Assembly: GCA_051599415.1 (NCBI GenBank)
Contig: AP039705.1
Span: 186,001 to 250,000 of the forward strand
DNA length: 64,000 nucleotides
Origin: Savitreella phatthalungensis
Taxonomy: Eukaryota
Reading direction: 5' to 3'
Shown here one piece after another: positions 11,242 to 23,961 of the stretch. The notes under the pieces were generated by a model that saw only the letters and a program-made list of their open reading frames with translations, did no database searches and had not been told where the DNA came from. Position 1 is the first letter of the stretch. Every line of letters begins with the position of its first letter. The translations under genes were made by a program, and so were the position numbers.

Positions 11242-12480
11242 GGCCGTCTCGGTGGTGAAGATGTGACTTACAGCTCGGATTGTGGGATAGTTGACCGTGA
11301 AGTGGAGGCTTTATACAGCGAAATTTCGATGATGTCGTGGCTGTACTGAGCGGTAGCCTCTGTTGAGCAGATTGGTCGCCAGCGAGAGCCTGATTTCTTG
11401 TGGTGGAGAATGTGTAAAGAGTAAAAGGCTGAGCCAGGCAGCGTTTGATGATGACTTCGTTTGTGAGGATCGAGGCGTGTAGAGCCTGTACGCTGTGAGC
11501 TGTGTGCTGCGTAATGTTTTGGTGGTAACGAGTAAGATGGAGATGCCAGTGTATGGTTATAGAGTGAGTGGGAGAGAGAGTGTTCGTGTGCAGGCGTGTG
11601 TATGAGTGGGTTGGTTGGTTGGTTGGTTGCATAGTGTATGTGAGTGGTGTGAAGTGTATGAGTATGTGTGTGACCTGACCCAAGTGTCCGAAAGTGATTT
11701 GTTGATTTGTTTTGCTTATTCCCAATTAGGACTCAACTTTTTGCCATGGAGTGCTCTGCTCTATTCAGAAATCAGTTACCATGCATCCATGTGTACGGTA
11801 CCTGTATAACCTATAACTGAAGTAGTAGAAGAATAAGAATAAGAATATTTGTGGAGAGACAGAGAGTGTGAATTAGATAGTACTTGAATACTTGGAAATG
11901 CAAGCATACAGTACTGGTGAATTTACACTCTTCCAGCCCCAGCCAAAAATCAGAGTCCGTTGCGATGCTTAAAATACATCCATCATTTCTATGAGTGCTC
12001 TGACTGTGCCAGATTAGCGCTTAAAGAATTGTTATTGGCAGAGGCTGGATTTGACTGTTACAGACCGTTGAGAATTGAAATTCAGATTCAGAATCAGATC
12101 CAAATTCAAATTCAAATCTAAATCCAGAACTAAATCCAAATCCAATTAAATCCATGATGGAATTGGGCGAATGTGGTCTACTGCTCGTGGGTCAATGTCG
12201 ATAGTTCTGTATTCCAACTCTAATTGGGAATTGAATGGATTTCGCCGTTGCTATGCAAGCTGAGATCCAATCCACGTCCATAGATCTAATCAAAATCAAT
12301 GCACAAAGGCAGTTCAACTTTTGCAACCCGTGCATCCTCCAATCCAATTCAGCAGCTTTCAATTCATATGCAGGGAAACAATACCTTTGACCTCTCAATC
12401 CACCAAACATATTTCTACGCTCCTAATCATCGTATCAGAGTGACAGAATTGAGCAGCGTTAATCAACCATCTCCATTCAG

Positions 12481-12548
12481 CACAACCACAAGCACGAGCA
12501 CCCAGCACGAGCAACAAGCACGAGCAACAAGCACGAGCAAGCAGCACG
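12481..12548. repeat. Short tandem AGCACGAGCA(ACA)-type minisatellite in the Pub1-like/Med2-like intergenic region
   Basis: ..caagcacgagcacccagcacgagcaacaagcacgagcaacaagcacgagcaagcagcacg.., five GCACG cores. Confidence 0.7.
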
Positions 12549-12876
12549 GGTCTCTCACAACTCCAGAATCCATCTCGGTACGTGCATCCGTGTCCGTGCA
12601 TATCTCGTGTTTAAAACCTTCTGAACACAATTCAGATCAATCCCTACCCTTGCACGCACCGTCCTGCAACGATCCACATAACACTAAACAGCTGAGCAGG
12701 GGTCTGGATCTCTTACCATAGACGCGCTTGCTTTTATCATCCCCCCGGCTGCTTCATTCGTCGCTCTTGAGCCACTCCACCCTTCTCCCGTACTCAAATA
12801 AACAGGCGCTCTCTCTTTGTTCCATTAGCAGCTTCCACGGGATCGAGCCTGATCGGCTGGCTTGGGGTCCCAAAGC

Positions 12877-13920
12877 ATGGCGCAGGACACAATGACGGCC
12901 GCCAGGGCTCTCCAGACCTCTCTGGATGCAGTCTTTGTCGGTCTAGGGAACCTGTTCTACGAGCGTAACAAGGCGATCAAGCGCAAGGCGGACCCGCCCG
13001 CGCACCTGCTCGCTGCATGCAGTCGGCAGGTCCACAAGGGCAAGGACGATTTCCTCGACCACCTGGACCTTCTCGAGATCAAGCTCAACCGTGCTGAAGA
13101 AATCCTCGAGCGAGAACACCGTCGGAGACTCGAGCGCGGTGACGACGCCCTTCAGAAGTCAGGTGGTGGTGCTGGGTCGAATGGGAAGGAGTCGAAGACT
13201 GCGATGACACCGGGTGGTGATAGTGTTGGTGGGACGGCGGGTGGCGCGCCTGGATCTGCAGGCAGCAAGGGTGAGCACACTGCCAATAGCATCAACTCTG
13301 TACCTGCAAGCGCAGACACACCTGGCAGCAAAGGCGGTATACCAGCCGCCACACCTGCATCCATCAACACCGTAGGCGCCGGCATGACACCGGCAGATCC
13401 ACCAGGCATCGACACAAAGGCACTCGCGAGCTTGGAAGTTGCTTCATCAGGACAGGAACACGTGCAGGGTCAGGGACAAGAAGATGGTCTTGGTGGTGGT
13501 GAGATGCTGAACCCGGACGATCTGATGGATTTCCCTATGCTGGAGAACCCGCTCGAGGGATTTGATCTCGGTGGTGACGGCATGCTTGACGTGTCGGCGC
13601 CGGCTGATGGTCTCGCCGGCGTCACGGGCACGGGATTAGGCTTGACGCCTGCGAACGCCGGACTCGATGCTGATGGCGATCCTGCAGCAGCCGGCCTTAC
13701 CGTCGAGACTGCACGTGACAGCTTGGCAGATATCGGCGCGCCTCTGACGGGCATGTCAACAGGCACGAACGGCGGGCTAGGTGGCGGCAATCCCTTCGAT
13801 GGCCTCTACTTTGGCGACGAAGGTGAAGACGGCGGCGATGGAGCAGCAAACCTCTTTGATGGCTTCCTCGAAGGAGCCGACGGTGGAGCGTTTGACTTTG
13901 GCTCGATGATGCAGGATTAA
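12877..13920 (+). CDS. Uncharacterised protein: N-terminal helical/coiled-coil region and acidic Gly/Asp/Phe-rich tail (possibly Mediator Med2-like)
   Basis: 347-codon ORF from ATG 12877. Helix 'DFLDHLDLLEIKLNRAEEILERE'. Acidic-aromatic C-terminus resembles an activation domain. The Med2 assignment is a guess. Confidence 0.6.
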   Translation: MAQDTMTAARALQTSLDAVFVGLGNLFYERNKAIKRKADPPAHLLAACSRQVHKGKDDFLDHLDLLEIKLNRAEEILEREHRRRLERGDDALQKSGGGAGSNGKESKTAMTPGGDSVGGTAGGAPGSAGSKGEHTANSINSVPASADTPGSKGGIPAATPASINTVGAGMTPADPPGIDTKALASLEVASSGQEHVQGQGQEDGLGGGEMLNPDDLMDFPMLENPLEGFDLGGDGMLDVSAPADGLAGVTGTGLGLTPANAGLDADGDPAAAGLTVETARDSLADIGAPLTGMSTGTNGGLGGGNPFDGLYFGDEGEDGGDGAANLFDGFLEGADGGAFDFGSMMQD

Positions 13921-13998
13921 TGACGATAAAAATGACGAGCACCAATGCATGCCGCGTGTACCACGCTCACTTGTACTCATTACACCTGGAGCGTCATC

Positions 13999-15088
13999 TC
14001 ATGCATCGACCTGCGGTAATTTCGGCCAGTGCTTTGGCAAGAAAGGCTTCACTAGCTTGCCGTCGACATCAGCCTTTGCGAGCAGTCCATCTTGCACACC
14101 TTTCAAGCGGACGAGGGCGATGCCGACGTCGCCTACGCGGGCAAGGAGCTTTCCAGCACTGCGTTTTCGGGCTGCCTCAGTCCCATCTGCGGACGTCCAG
14201 GCTAACGAAGAGCCTTCAGAGAACGTCTGGATCTCGAGATTGTCCTCTGTCAGGCCAGCGTCGATTGATGCGGGAACGTTGTTGGGACCGTCGATGCCAA
14301 GTCTGACGGGTACGATACGTTTTCGAATCACGCCTGTGTGGTACGTCCTGACGGTGAGTTCCTGACCGAGGTAGCAACCCTTGTGGAAGTTGAGGCCATG
14401 GTTGAGGTCGATATTGGACTCCATTGGCAGTGCCGCGCCGGAAGCCAACTCGCCTGCGCCTTCCGGCACACCGACCATATACCGTCGACGTGCGTACGTG
14501 GCCTGAGGATGTCGCGCCAGGGAAGACAGTACGCTCGAGTCTGGTGGCAGGAGTAATCTCGTGCCGAGCCCCGGCGCCCGTGGGTCAGCCATCGACACTG
14601 CATTCGCCAAATCACCATCCGGCAGCGTATCCTCATCCACAGCGTAGACTGAAAGCTCACCTGCATCAATAGCCCGCAACTCAAACTTCGACCGAAGCTT
14701 GAAAGCACGCAGGTGTTCCACGAAGCCGTCCTTCTGGCTCGCGTCGCAATCGATATAGCATGCGGGAATATCTGAGTTGCTCTGATCGACGTAGATGAAT
14801 GCATCGTAGAGAACTCGTCCCGAAGCCGCAAGGAACGCCGTGTACTGACTTGACGGCGTCTTCAGGTTGTTTGTGGTGAAAGACTGGAGGTATTTGAATG
14901 TGTCTCTGCCGGCCATGTGCAGGACAGCACGGCCTGACAGATGCGTCGACATTCCACCGATGACTCCAGTCAGTGGTAGAGGAAGCGCGTCACTTACGTC
15001 GTTCCTGGAGTAGACAGCTGCGCGTTGTGTGTGATGGCTTTACATGTAACCACTGTCTACGTCGTTGAGGATGACATATTCTTGACAT
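13999..15088 (-). CDS. IBA57: Mitochondrial Fe-S cluster assembly factor IBA57/CAF17 (GcvT fold); probable 5' exon 14998-15088
   Basis: 'KGCYLGQELTVRTYHTGVIRKRIVP' signature. Main exon ORF 13999-14952. GTAAGT donor at 14997 joins an Arg-rich upstream exon in frame. Confidence 0.9.
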
Positions 15089-15479
15089 TTTAGCTCACGT
15101 GCTTGTTGAGCCACAAGTGGCGTCTACCCACTCATTTTCCATAGCGCCGGTTCGATGCTCTGATTCTGGCGCTCAATCTCCATCTTCACTCTTGAAGCGC
15201 GGGTCGAGTGGATGCGCTAACGAAGAAGCGAGTGAGATCAGCAATTTCACCATCACTCGTTGAAACTGCGCGTCGTGCCGTCTAGCAGGAGTCGCGGATC
15301 CACCTATCGGCTCCTCTCAGGTGCTTATCGAGGCGCGGGCACTCGGACGGTGAGGCAGACGACCTTGCGATCGTCGGCCGACCGACAGCCTTCCTGTGTG
15401 ACACTCCAGAGCGCGATCAGGTGAACCCAGCTGTTCAGTTCAGGCACACTCTCTTCTTAATCGACATTCGGTGCGACCG

Positions 15480-16433
15480 ATGAGCGCGACACAGGCCGCG
15501 CAGGATGAAGCGCTCGCCGCACTACGAAACTTCATGAAGAAACGAACGTGCTACGACGTGCTACCGGTGTCGTTCAGGTTGATCGTGCTAGATACGTCGC
15601 TGCTGGTGAAGAAGGCGCTGACGCTGTTGATCCAGAATGGGATCGTGAGCTGTCCGCTGTGGAACAGTGAGAAGTCGACGTTTGCTGGACTTCTGACGGC
15701 GTTTGACTTCATTAACGTTATCCAATACTACTATCAATACTCGAGCTATCCTGACGCCGTTGCGCAGATCGAGAACTTTAGGCTCGATGGACTGCGCGAG
15801 GTCGAGCGCAAGGTCGGAGCAATCCCACCAGAAACCCTGAGCATCTCGCCTGAGGCGAACCTGTACGAGGCCTGCCTGGCTATCCACCGAGCTAAGGCAA
15901 GGCGTATACCTCTCATCGACAAGGATGACGAGACGGGAAACGACATGCTGGTGAGCGTTTTGACGCAGTACCGGATTTTGAAGTGGCTAGCCATCAACTG
16001 CGAGCACACGATGCGATTGCATATGCCGATCTCGGAACTGCCAATAGGCACGTATGGGCCCGATCTGGCGCACGCGACAATGGACTCGCCAGTATCGGAC
16101 ATGATTCACCTGATGTCACGGCGGAAGATCGCGGCCGTGCCGGTGGTCGATCCTCAGGGAGTCTGCCTGAACATCTTCGAGGCTGTGGATGTGCTGACGC
16201 TGATCCAGGATGGCGCATGGCACGATCTCGAGCTCACGGTAGGTGAAGCGCTCCTTCGAAGACCAGACGACTTTGCTGGCGTCATCACATGCACCGTCAA
16301 CGATACCCTGGAAGCCGTCTTCGACGCTGTCAGGAGAGACAGAGTACATCGACTTGTCATTGTCGAGCCAGGCACAAATCTGCTCAAAGGCATGCTCTCC
16401 CTCAGTGATATCCTCGGCTACATCTTGCGCTGA
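15480..16433 (+). CDS. SNF4: AMPK/Snf1 gamma subunit with four CBS domains
   Basis: 'CYDVLPVSFRLIVLDTSLLVKKAL', 'FAGLLTAFDFINVIQYY', 'SVLTQYRILK', 'RVHRLVIV..LSLSDILGYI'. Confidence 0.96.
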   Translation: MSATQAAQDEALAALRNFMKKRTCYDVLPVSFRLIVLDTSLLVKKALTLLIQNGIVSCPLWNSEKSTFAGLLTAFDFINVIQYYYQYSSYPDAVAQIENFRLDGLREVERKVGAIPPETLSISPEANLYEACLAIHRAKARRIPLIDKDDETGNDMLVSVLTQYRILKWLAINCEHTMRLHMPISELPIGTYGPDLAHATMDSPVSDMIHLMSRRKIAAVPVVDPQGVCLNIFEAVDVLTLIQDGAWHDLELTVGEALLRRPDDFAGVITCTVNDTLEAVFDAVRRDRVHRLVIVEPGTNLLKGMLSLSDILGYILR

Positions 16434-19400
16434 GGACAAACATGCATCTGACGGGATTTTGAAATCGGGCAGAGTTCGACAGAGCTGATGGTGCAGCTCC
16501 AGCTCGAGGAGATACTGACGACTATGATAGAACATATATGTACGCACATAGGTAGGCGTGTCATGGGTGTATCCAGCATGGCAGATACAAGCACGTTTAT
16601 GCACGGACGCAGAAAGCGCAGAGAGCCCTGAAGGCTGACTGGAAGGCTTGTACGAGAGCGACGTAGCAGTCCAAGGGTATTAGCATGCTCTAGACTTCTC
16701 AGCAGAGGCTTCCCAGGTGAGACTGTAAGAAAGACTGAACAACACGAATGACAATGTGTGACTTCAAGTTTAGTAGAGGGTCGTGACAGTCATCAGGTGT
16801 CCGGGCGTAATGACGGCGTGCACGTGCTCTACTGATCGGACTAGTGCGTTTTGCCAGCAAAAGGGACGAAACGGTCAATCTGTGTCCTGACATCTCAAGG
16901 CTCAGTTCGCCAATGCTGCGAGATCCAGCACAAGCTAGACAGCATCGATTTGTGCATCGCATCTGCTTCTGAGTATCCGCATGTCGAGTTCTTTCACGAG
17001 TCAGATCATTGTAAATCCAATGTGCAGGCAGGCGTGCATCGACGGCCAGCCTTTGGCTCGGAGCATTACAGACGATACAATAGTCGACGAGCAACGTGTA
17101 TCAAGGTCGATTGCGCTCGACGCGTGAAATTGCCTATTCCCAACCAGTCAATCCTCGTTTAGCCTCTTCCAGATATCGCCGTTGATGGAAATTTCGTAGT
17201 TCAGTCTGGGACAAGTCGAGTCAAACTCGTGGCTCTATGGAAAATTGCACAGAGTATCGATTCCCCGTCCAGCTATCGACTTTGATGACTGAGCGGATGT
17301 CGTAGATCCTCGTGTGCGCGTGCTCACGCTTGAGCGTCTCGATCTATGGTCGTGTCGGAGATTGATGTCTCGCCCGCTGATTCTCGAAGATCACCTGCTT
17401 GCGCCGGCGGTCAGCCTAGGAATCCCATTGCGCCTGCTTCTAGTCTTCATCGAGTTTGAGCAGATCGATCTTCTTCGTACTGGTGTGACAATTTTGCCGG
17501 CCATCCATACTCAATTAGCACAGGCACCGCGTCACATGCACCAAAGCTCCAACGACCACTATTCCCCAATTCGTCTACAGGCGGCTCCGGACATGTGTCA
17601 CTCGCCTTCGACAAAGAAGCTCGCACGACCTCTAGACAAGCTGACCCTGCAGAACAGAAGATCTATCGTTTATTCGACGGTTTACATCGAGAGCGTATCG
17701 ATTGTCAGTCGACGCTCGCGTCGAAATTCTGTGCGGAGACACTAGAGACGTTGTGCGTGCTTTTTGACACTCCGGATTCGTTTACTAGGAATGGAGAAGA
17801 CGTACGGAGTGAATGCCACTGTAGAATGTAATTGAATTTAAGCGTTCGGAACGAAAACAATGTCCATTATGCCCAAATGACGTGTTCCATCTCACAGGTC
17901 TTCGGGCAGTAGGTTACGGGGTACCAGTCGCGCATCGATGATTGCGACTGGTCAGGGAGGCACTAAATTGCGCGAGAAGTCCGCGGAAGGCGTCTGGTAC
18001 GCGGTCTATAGAACGCGAGGAAAGAAAGTTTGTGGACGTAGAGAGACTTACGACCGAGAAGGCGTCGAATTTACGAGGCCAAGGAGATCATCCTTGTCCA
18101 ATAACGACGATCTCTGTTATGTTTAAGGGCGAATTCAATTGCCAAGGAAGTTAGATCTGATTTGGTCCAAACAATCACAGAAAAAATCAACGACAGCAGT
18201 TGCATATCCTCTCTGTACCTGTACCATTTGGATCGAGGTATCAAGTAATGAGGTTGGAAGATGATGCGCCGTCCTTGAGATGGGAATATCCGATCGTCTT
18301 TCCTGTTTTTCTCATCAGCTGCGGACAAGCGAGACTCTGATGATAGTGCGCGTGACCATGTATCAGAAGCTTTGGAGCGTGTCGGTCAGTCATTGCCATA
18401 TTTGAAAGCTAAACACTAGCTGAACAAGGATAATTCATCAGAACTGCATTCGAGTCGCATGTGCTGGGTGTTATTCTTGCCGCGCGCGCATGTAGCCTGT
18501 CAGCACACTAAGCAGGGTCAAATAAATGGGAAATTCGAAATTCTATTCAAGGAGATTGCTTCATCTACCAGAGACATTACCTGGACAGGACCAAATTTAT
18601 GGTTGTCCCTGACTAGATTGGAAATCAACTTCAGAGACCTCCTTGATCATGAGCCAGACTCTGACAAGAGCCCAATTGCGATTTGGTTGATCGCACCTCT
18701 GCCAGACATACATCATTTTCACTTGCTCGCTTTCCCTGATCTATTGCCATGGGACGGCGTTTGTGATTCGTGGCGTAGAATGGCGGCACGTTACCTAGGT
18801 TAGGTTCATCTCATCTCACTTTCCTGCTCACACGCTTTTTGCCCCCACAGTCTGATGAGATGCTCTGAAAGGTGCCAAAACAAATGGATACTCGACGTGG
18901 CTTCATCTCTGCTGCTACTCCCTGGTCTCTGCCTTGTCAGCCAGGTGTTACTGTCGACTTGCATCAGACATCAACCCTATTCGCTGGAAATTCGCCGCTA
19001 ATCTGGATACCGTCATAGTTCTAGGTCAGTTCTTCTCGACTGTCTCTCTCGCTGGCATTGCCCGGATTGTTTTCATCAGACATTGTGCCGTAGCGAGAGC
19101 GCTACAGAGTAGGTAGCGAGGTCGAATCAGTTTCCCTTGAGCAATAGAGAAGAAGCGTATTCCTCACAATCTCGAGCACGACCCAACTTTATCTTCGATA
19201 AGACGCCTTCGCCCGGCATCTGGCGTCGTTTGTCATTCGACATATCCTCAAAACACACTATATTGTGCGACATAGTCGTGCCTTGTCTTGCTCGCTTGGT
19301 TGATTCTTATATTCAATCAAGGAGTTACAGAAATCTCAAATCTCAAATCCAAGGCATCGGCAACAAAGCCCGTGGCGCCGAGGCGTCTAATTCTGCCAGG

Positions 19401-20026
19401 CCCATTACCAGTCTGAGTAACCAAGCTCGTCCCAAGACCCCTCGCGTCAGCAAGCGAGCGAGGAGGGATACGTGCTGAACAGGTTTGACGATCTTGACCT
19501 GGTCACAGAAATCCTGCGGTCCAACCGGCAAGTGAGCCCGACTGAAGCTCGATTGAGCGATCGAACCACCTCGATTCAGGTGCTCAACAGCTACAAAACA
19601 GGTTATCCGGATAATCACACAAGGAACCAGAAGTCGCGACGGTCAGCTGGGTCCTGACCGGTGAATTTGAGCGACAAGCTAATCCAAGAGGTTGCTGCGA
19701 AGATCTGCACTCTACGCGCAAACACGGTAACCTGGTACTCGATAGCGAAGGTCACGGAGACGATCACCGTATAACCTGAGACAGTCCCTGAGCAATCTGG
19801 TCGACACGACGAACGCATTGGAAGAGCAGTTCGAGTCCCTGCAGTACAGGATCACGCTCTAATTTCAAACACAACGAGCTCGTTTAGTGAAACTGACCAA
19901 CATCGTTCACGCGAGGTCTCTCACGCGCACAGCACGCCTGCCCTATATATATTCGCTGACAAGCGTCGCGTGAGTCTCTCGCACGAGCCTGCTAAGCAAC
20001 CTCGCACGGCCCAATTTCTGTGGGAC

Positions 20027-22105
20027 ATGTACTCTACTATGCATTCCCATATGAATGCAACGCTACTCAGTGATGGTATGAGTGTCAGAGGACCGACCAG
20101 AGATAAACGTGCAGCTCTACTGGGCAGCACGCCTCCAAGTATCGTCCAGTTCGACGCCTTCATCTCCCGTCCGTCACAGACAGAACATCTGCAACCCACA
20201 TTGAACGACCTTCCCAAGATTAGCCGGTCACCAATCGCGGCAGATCGACTGATGGCAGCAGCTCAGGGGATGTCGCACTCGCGGACGATGTCCACTCAAA
20301 CATTGCAGCCACAGCGCTCGCCAGAACCTGAAGCTAGTCACGAGTCCGGTTGGTTCAGACGATTCCGCAAGCCATCCGAGCAAAAGCTCAACCTACACCT
20401 GTCTTCTTCGCCGGCGTCGAGCACGCATTCAGAGCATATGATGGGTGTCACAGCGAGCAGCCAAACAGGAACCGCGGTCAAGCGTTCGCGCAGCACGAAG
20501 AAGCTGTTTGCAAAGTCGCGAACGAGTGACGAGATCACAGCGTCAGCAGGCGCCACTGATCGCGTGGCTATCTTGGGCCAGTCCTCCCGGCGAGTGGTCG
20601 ACATTGGCGGGATCGACGAGCAGGCCTCTCGACTGCTGCCATCTCGACTGATTCATCGTCGGAGCATCAAGGTGCCATATATCGTCGACGCCTGCGTCTC
20701 TTTCCTCCTCAGCAAGGACGGCGTCAGTAGCCCAGGTATTTTCCGGATCAACGGCAGCGGCACGGCAGTTAAGACCCTGCTCGAGCACTTCTCCAAGGTC
20801 TCAGAGCCACAAGAACGCATCCCGCTCGACGAGCTCGATCTGCCATCCACTGGTGATCTCACGGTGTACGATGTGGCCTCGTGCCTGAAGAAGTACTTGG
20901 TCAGTTTACCGGCAGGTCTGCTTGGTCAAAACGTTTGTGATCTATTGTATGAAATTGCCAATGCAGAGGACGATGCAGAGGATGACGGAGAGAGTATCTG
21001 CGAGGATATCGCTGCGGCTGTTGCGACCATCGTCGATCGCCACAAGCTCAACACGTTGTGTGTCGTCATGGGTCTGCTCGTGCTCGTGCGGGAGAAGGCA
21101 GAACAGATGGTGGCCGCAGGAGCGGCTCGCGATTCTGGGTACATGACTGCGTCATCTATTGCTATCGTCTTTGCGCCTGTCTGCGTCGGTCAGATCGCAG
21201 CATCCACAGCCCCTGTCGGCATGGCTGAAATGACTCGCACACTGACTCAGACGAGCGGGAAATCTGTCTCTGACGCTGAGCGCGACTCGCTCATCGAGAC
21301 AGAGCTTCGCAATACCAAACGTGGCTCTGTGGTCATGCGCTTCCTCGTTAGCCACTGGGCTGGTGTAGTCAAATACCTCGGCGACGATCAGCTTGCCCAG
21401 GGACTCGACCGCCTCGATCACAATCTGCACATGCTCGATATCGCGGCAAGTTCTTCTCCTTCTTACGAGGATGGCCTGTCACCGGTGCTGCCGACCACGA
21501 ACGATCGTACCCCTGCTCTGACTGCAGATTCTTCCCCATCGATGCAGAGCGACCACATGCCAGATACCGGAGGCGGTAGCGGATCAGTCGGAGGGCTGTC
21601 ACCTGAGGTTGTGCGAGCTGCAGCGTCTGCGACGCTTTTGCTTGACACCTCGATCATGAACGCGGCGGACACCGACGACTCTGACGCGGAAGTGCTCGGA
21701 CGAGTCGAGCATGAGCTGCCATTTATCAACAAGGACACATCCATCGGACTCGCCACCGGTGGTCTTCACATCACATCGCTGCCTTTCGATGAGAAGAGGC
21801 CGTCAGAGTCGAGTGCCGGACACTCCTCGTCATCACAACATCAGGCCCAACACATGGACGATCCTCGTGATGCCAGGACAGACTCGATCAGGAGCTTGAC
21901 ATCAGTCAGGAGCATCGCATTTGACGACACCATTGCGCTGAAACGACAGATTGCCGAGCTCGAAGTCGCGCTCTACCGTGCTAGGCAGGAAGTTGACCTG
22001 GCGAACGATCAAGTCTCACAGCTGATGGATGTCAATATTTCCCTTCGAGCTGAGAACAAGCAGCTCAAGCGATCAGGATACGTCGTCCAGGACTCACAAA
22101 ATTGA
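20027..22105 (+). CDS. RhoGAP-domain protein with C-terminal coiled coil
   Basis: 'VPYIVDACVSFL', arginine finger 'GIFRING', 'DVASCLKKYL..LP..L', 'MTASSIAIVFAP'. Confidence 0.85.
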   Translation: MYSTMHSHMNATLLSDGMSVRGPTRDKRAALLGSTPPSIVQFDAFISRPSQTEHLQPTLNDLPKISRSPIAADRLMAAAQGMSHSRTMSTQTLQPQRSPEPEASHESGWFRRFRKPSEQKLNLHLSSSPASSTHSEHMMGVTASSQTGTAVKRSRSTKKLFAKSRTSDEITASAGATDRVAILGQSSRRVVDIGGIDEQASRLLPSRLIHRRSIKVPYIVDACVSFLLSKDGVSSPGIFRINGSGTAVKTLLEHFSKVSEPQERIPLDELDLPSTGDLTVYDVASCLKKYLVSLPAGLLGQNVCDLLYEIANAEDDAEDDGESICEDIAAAVATIVDRHKLNTLCVVMGLLVLVREKAEQMVAAGAARDSGYMTASSIAIVFAPVCVGQIAASTAPVGMAEMTRTLTQTSGKSVSDAERDSLIETELRNTKRGSVVMRFLVSHWAGVVKYLGDDQLAQGLDRLDHNLHMLDIAASSSPSYEDGLSPVLPTTNDRTPALTADSSPSMQSDHMPDTGGGSGSVGGLSPEVVRAAASATLLLDTSIMNAADTDDSDAEVLGRVEHELPFINKDTSIGLATGGLHITSLPFDEKRPSESSAGHSSSSQHQAQHMDDPRDARTDSIRSLTSVRSIAFDDTIALKRQIAELEVALYRARQEVDLANDQVSQLMDVNISLRAENKQLKRSGYVVQDSQN

Positions 22106-23961
22106 GACTAGTTGATCACAGACAGACTAATAATCAACTGATGTCTTCCTACAGATGGATGTATGCGGCGACTGAGAATTGCTGAAGTGGGTTTAGTTTG
22201 CACTGTCTGAACACTGTGTAGCCTTTGACGTCCTGGTTTGTCGGTCAAGGCCGCTTCACGTGTATGTTATGGTGGCATCGATCCTTTACGAATCAGATCG
22301 AGAGTAATGAAGCTCAAGCTAAAGCTGGTAGCACAGTATCCTCACGCGTATTGTGCATATAATTCAGATACCTGTGTCTCAATTAAGTGATTGACGATGA
22401 CGATGACCTATACCCATTGGCCAACGTGCCCCTCACGCTGATATCAAGCAAGGTAACTATGCATGGATGGTGTACCTGCACTACTGAACCTATTGCCCAC
22501 CGTGGATTTATGACTAGGTTCTGACTAGGTGGAAGAGGGAGAAAGTTGGGTGTGATGGCTTAACGCGAAATTCGGATCTTCCGGCAAAGCAATCCCAGCC
22601 CAGTCAAACATAAAGGCAAGGTGAGGTAGGGTAGACCAGGGTAAATGAGAAATGAAGTGCGCGTCAGAGACAAAAGGGAAATGGGACGATAAAGCGCGTC
22701 TGACACGCGAATCAAGGAATTTCAAATATCCTCCAAATCCAACCATTATATTTATAGCATCCAACATTTTTGATATCAAATCATGCATGAATCAATCCTA
22801 ACCTGGCAGCTCAAAATTGATTCAGCCGTTGAAGTGAAAATGTTACCTGGTATATCCATGGTTATGCAATTTAATCGGATCCACTTGCGAGTGGTTTGGG
22901 AGTGACCAAATGATATCAACGGCTGAATCTAGCAACACTGGATAGTATCAGGATTCAATCTCCGAGTGGGTAAACCAATCGCCGCACTTCTCTCGGCCAT
23001 TGTAACCTTTCTCACTTTTTCAAACAGAGTAGTAACTGTCACAAGGTGAATCTCCAGCAATCCAAGATTTACGGTGGGATATTCACACTGTCGTTATATA
23101 TGGTTCTCCATTGTCATGAATCTACAGAGCAATAGTCTAAGCTCTGCGTACAGACTTGACTGTTTTCCTGGTAGGCTGCCACTTCACTATCTCCAGCGGT
23201 TGTCGGACAAAATGCTCAACTGAGTCAAATTACCTTTGGTTCTCCCTCACTGCAGGTCCAACTACTGGCTGTCCTTAGTTACTAGACTTATGTCTTCCTT
23301 CTTCCTCCTGCTTCGCTTTCTCCCGTTTGACCGCTGTAGCCCTTTATCATGGCTTCCAACACACTCAGTCTGTAGAGGCGGTGACGGGAGAAATGACTGT
23401 AGGGGATATCATGTAGACCTTCCGCGATGAGCACGCAAGAGATAGTCCACCCTTTACCCCACGCATCAACTGCAACCTAAGCCTAGTTAGAGAGAGTTGA
23501 GCCGGGGCTTTTTGTTCAAGTCTTTACTTGCATGCACTGACTGACCAACTGAGTGACGGACTGGCTCTCATTGCTTTCTTTCCATACTCTTTCACTCGCT
23601 TGCCAAACTACCTCAATCGTTCGTGTGCTTGTCCCAGGTGATACATCACAAAATGGCCGGATAGCTCCCCACCATCTTATAATCCCCGGGTCTCGTTCCC
23701 TACCGCATACTATCCGTGGTCTATGCCTCACTGCCTATAGGTCATCAAAATCACCATCATTCAGAAGTTTCGAAAGGCCGCACGGCGGCCGGGAGCAAGT
23801 CAAAAGATAAGGGTCAGGCGAGCCGTCGCCAATACGGCTAAGAACGATTGATCGTCCTCACAGCCACGAACACACCTTGTCACGGAAGATCAAGGATCCA
23901 CATTCGTTTCTGAATAAGATCTTGAACAATACTGCAAAGACAATCGCCGGCATCCATACCG

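Noticed and set aside
11123..11725. 200-aa His/Thr-rich minus-strand ORF upstream of the Pub1-like gene
   Set aside because: Translation of CA-rich low-complexity leader or promoter sequence with a non-ATG start.
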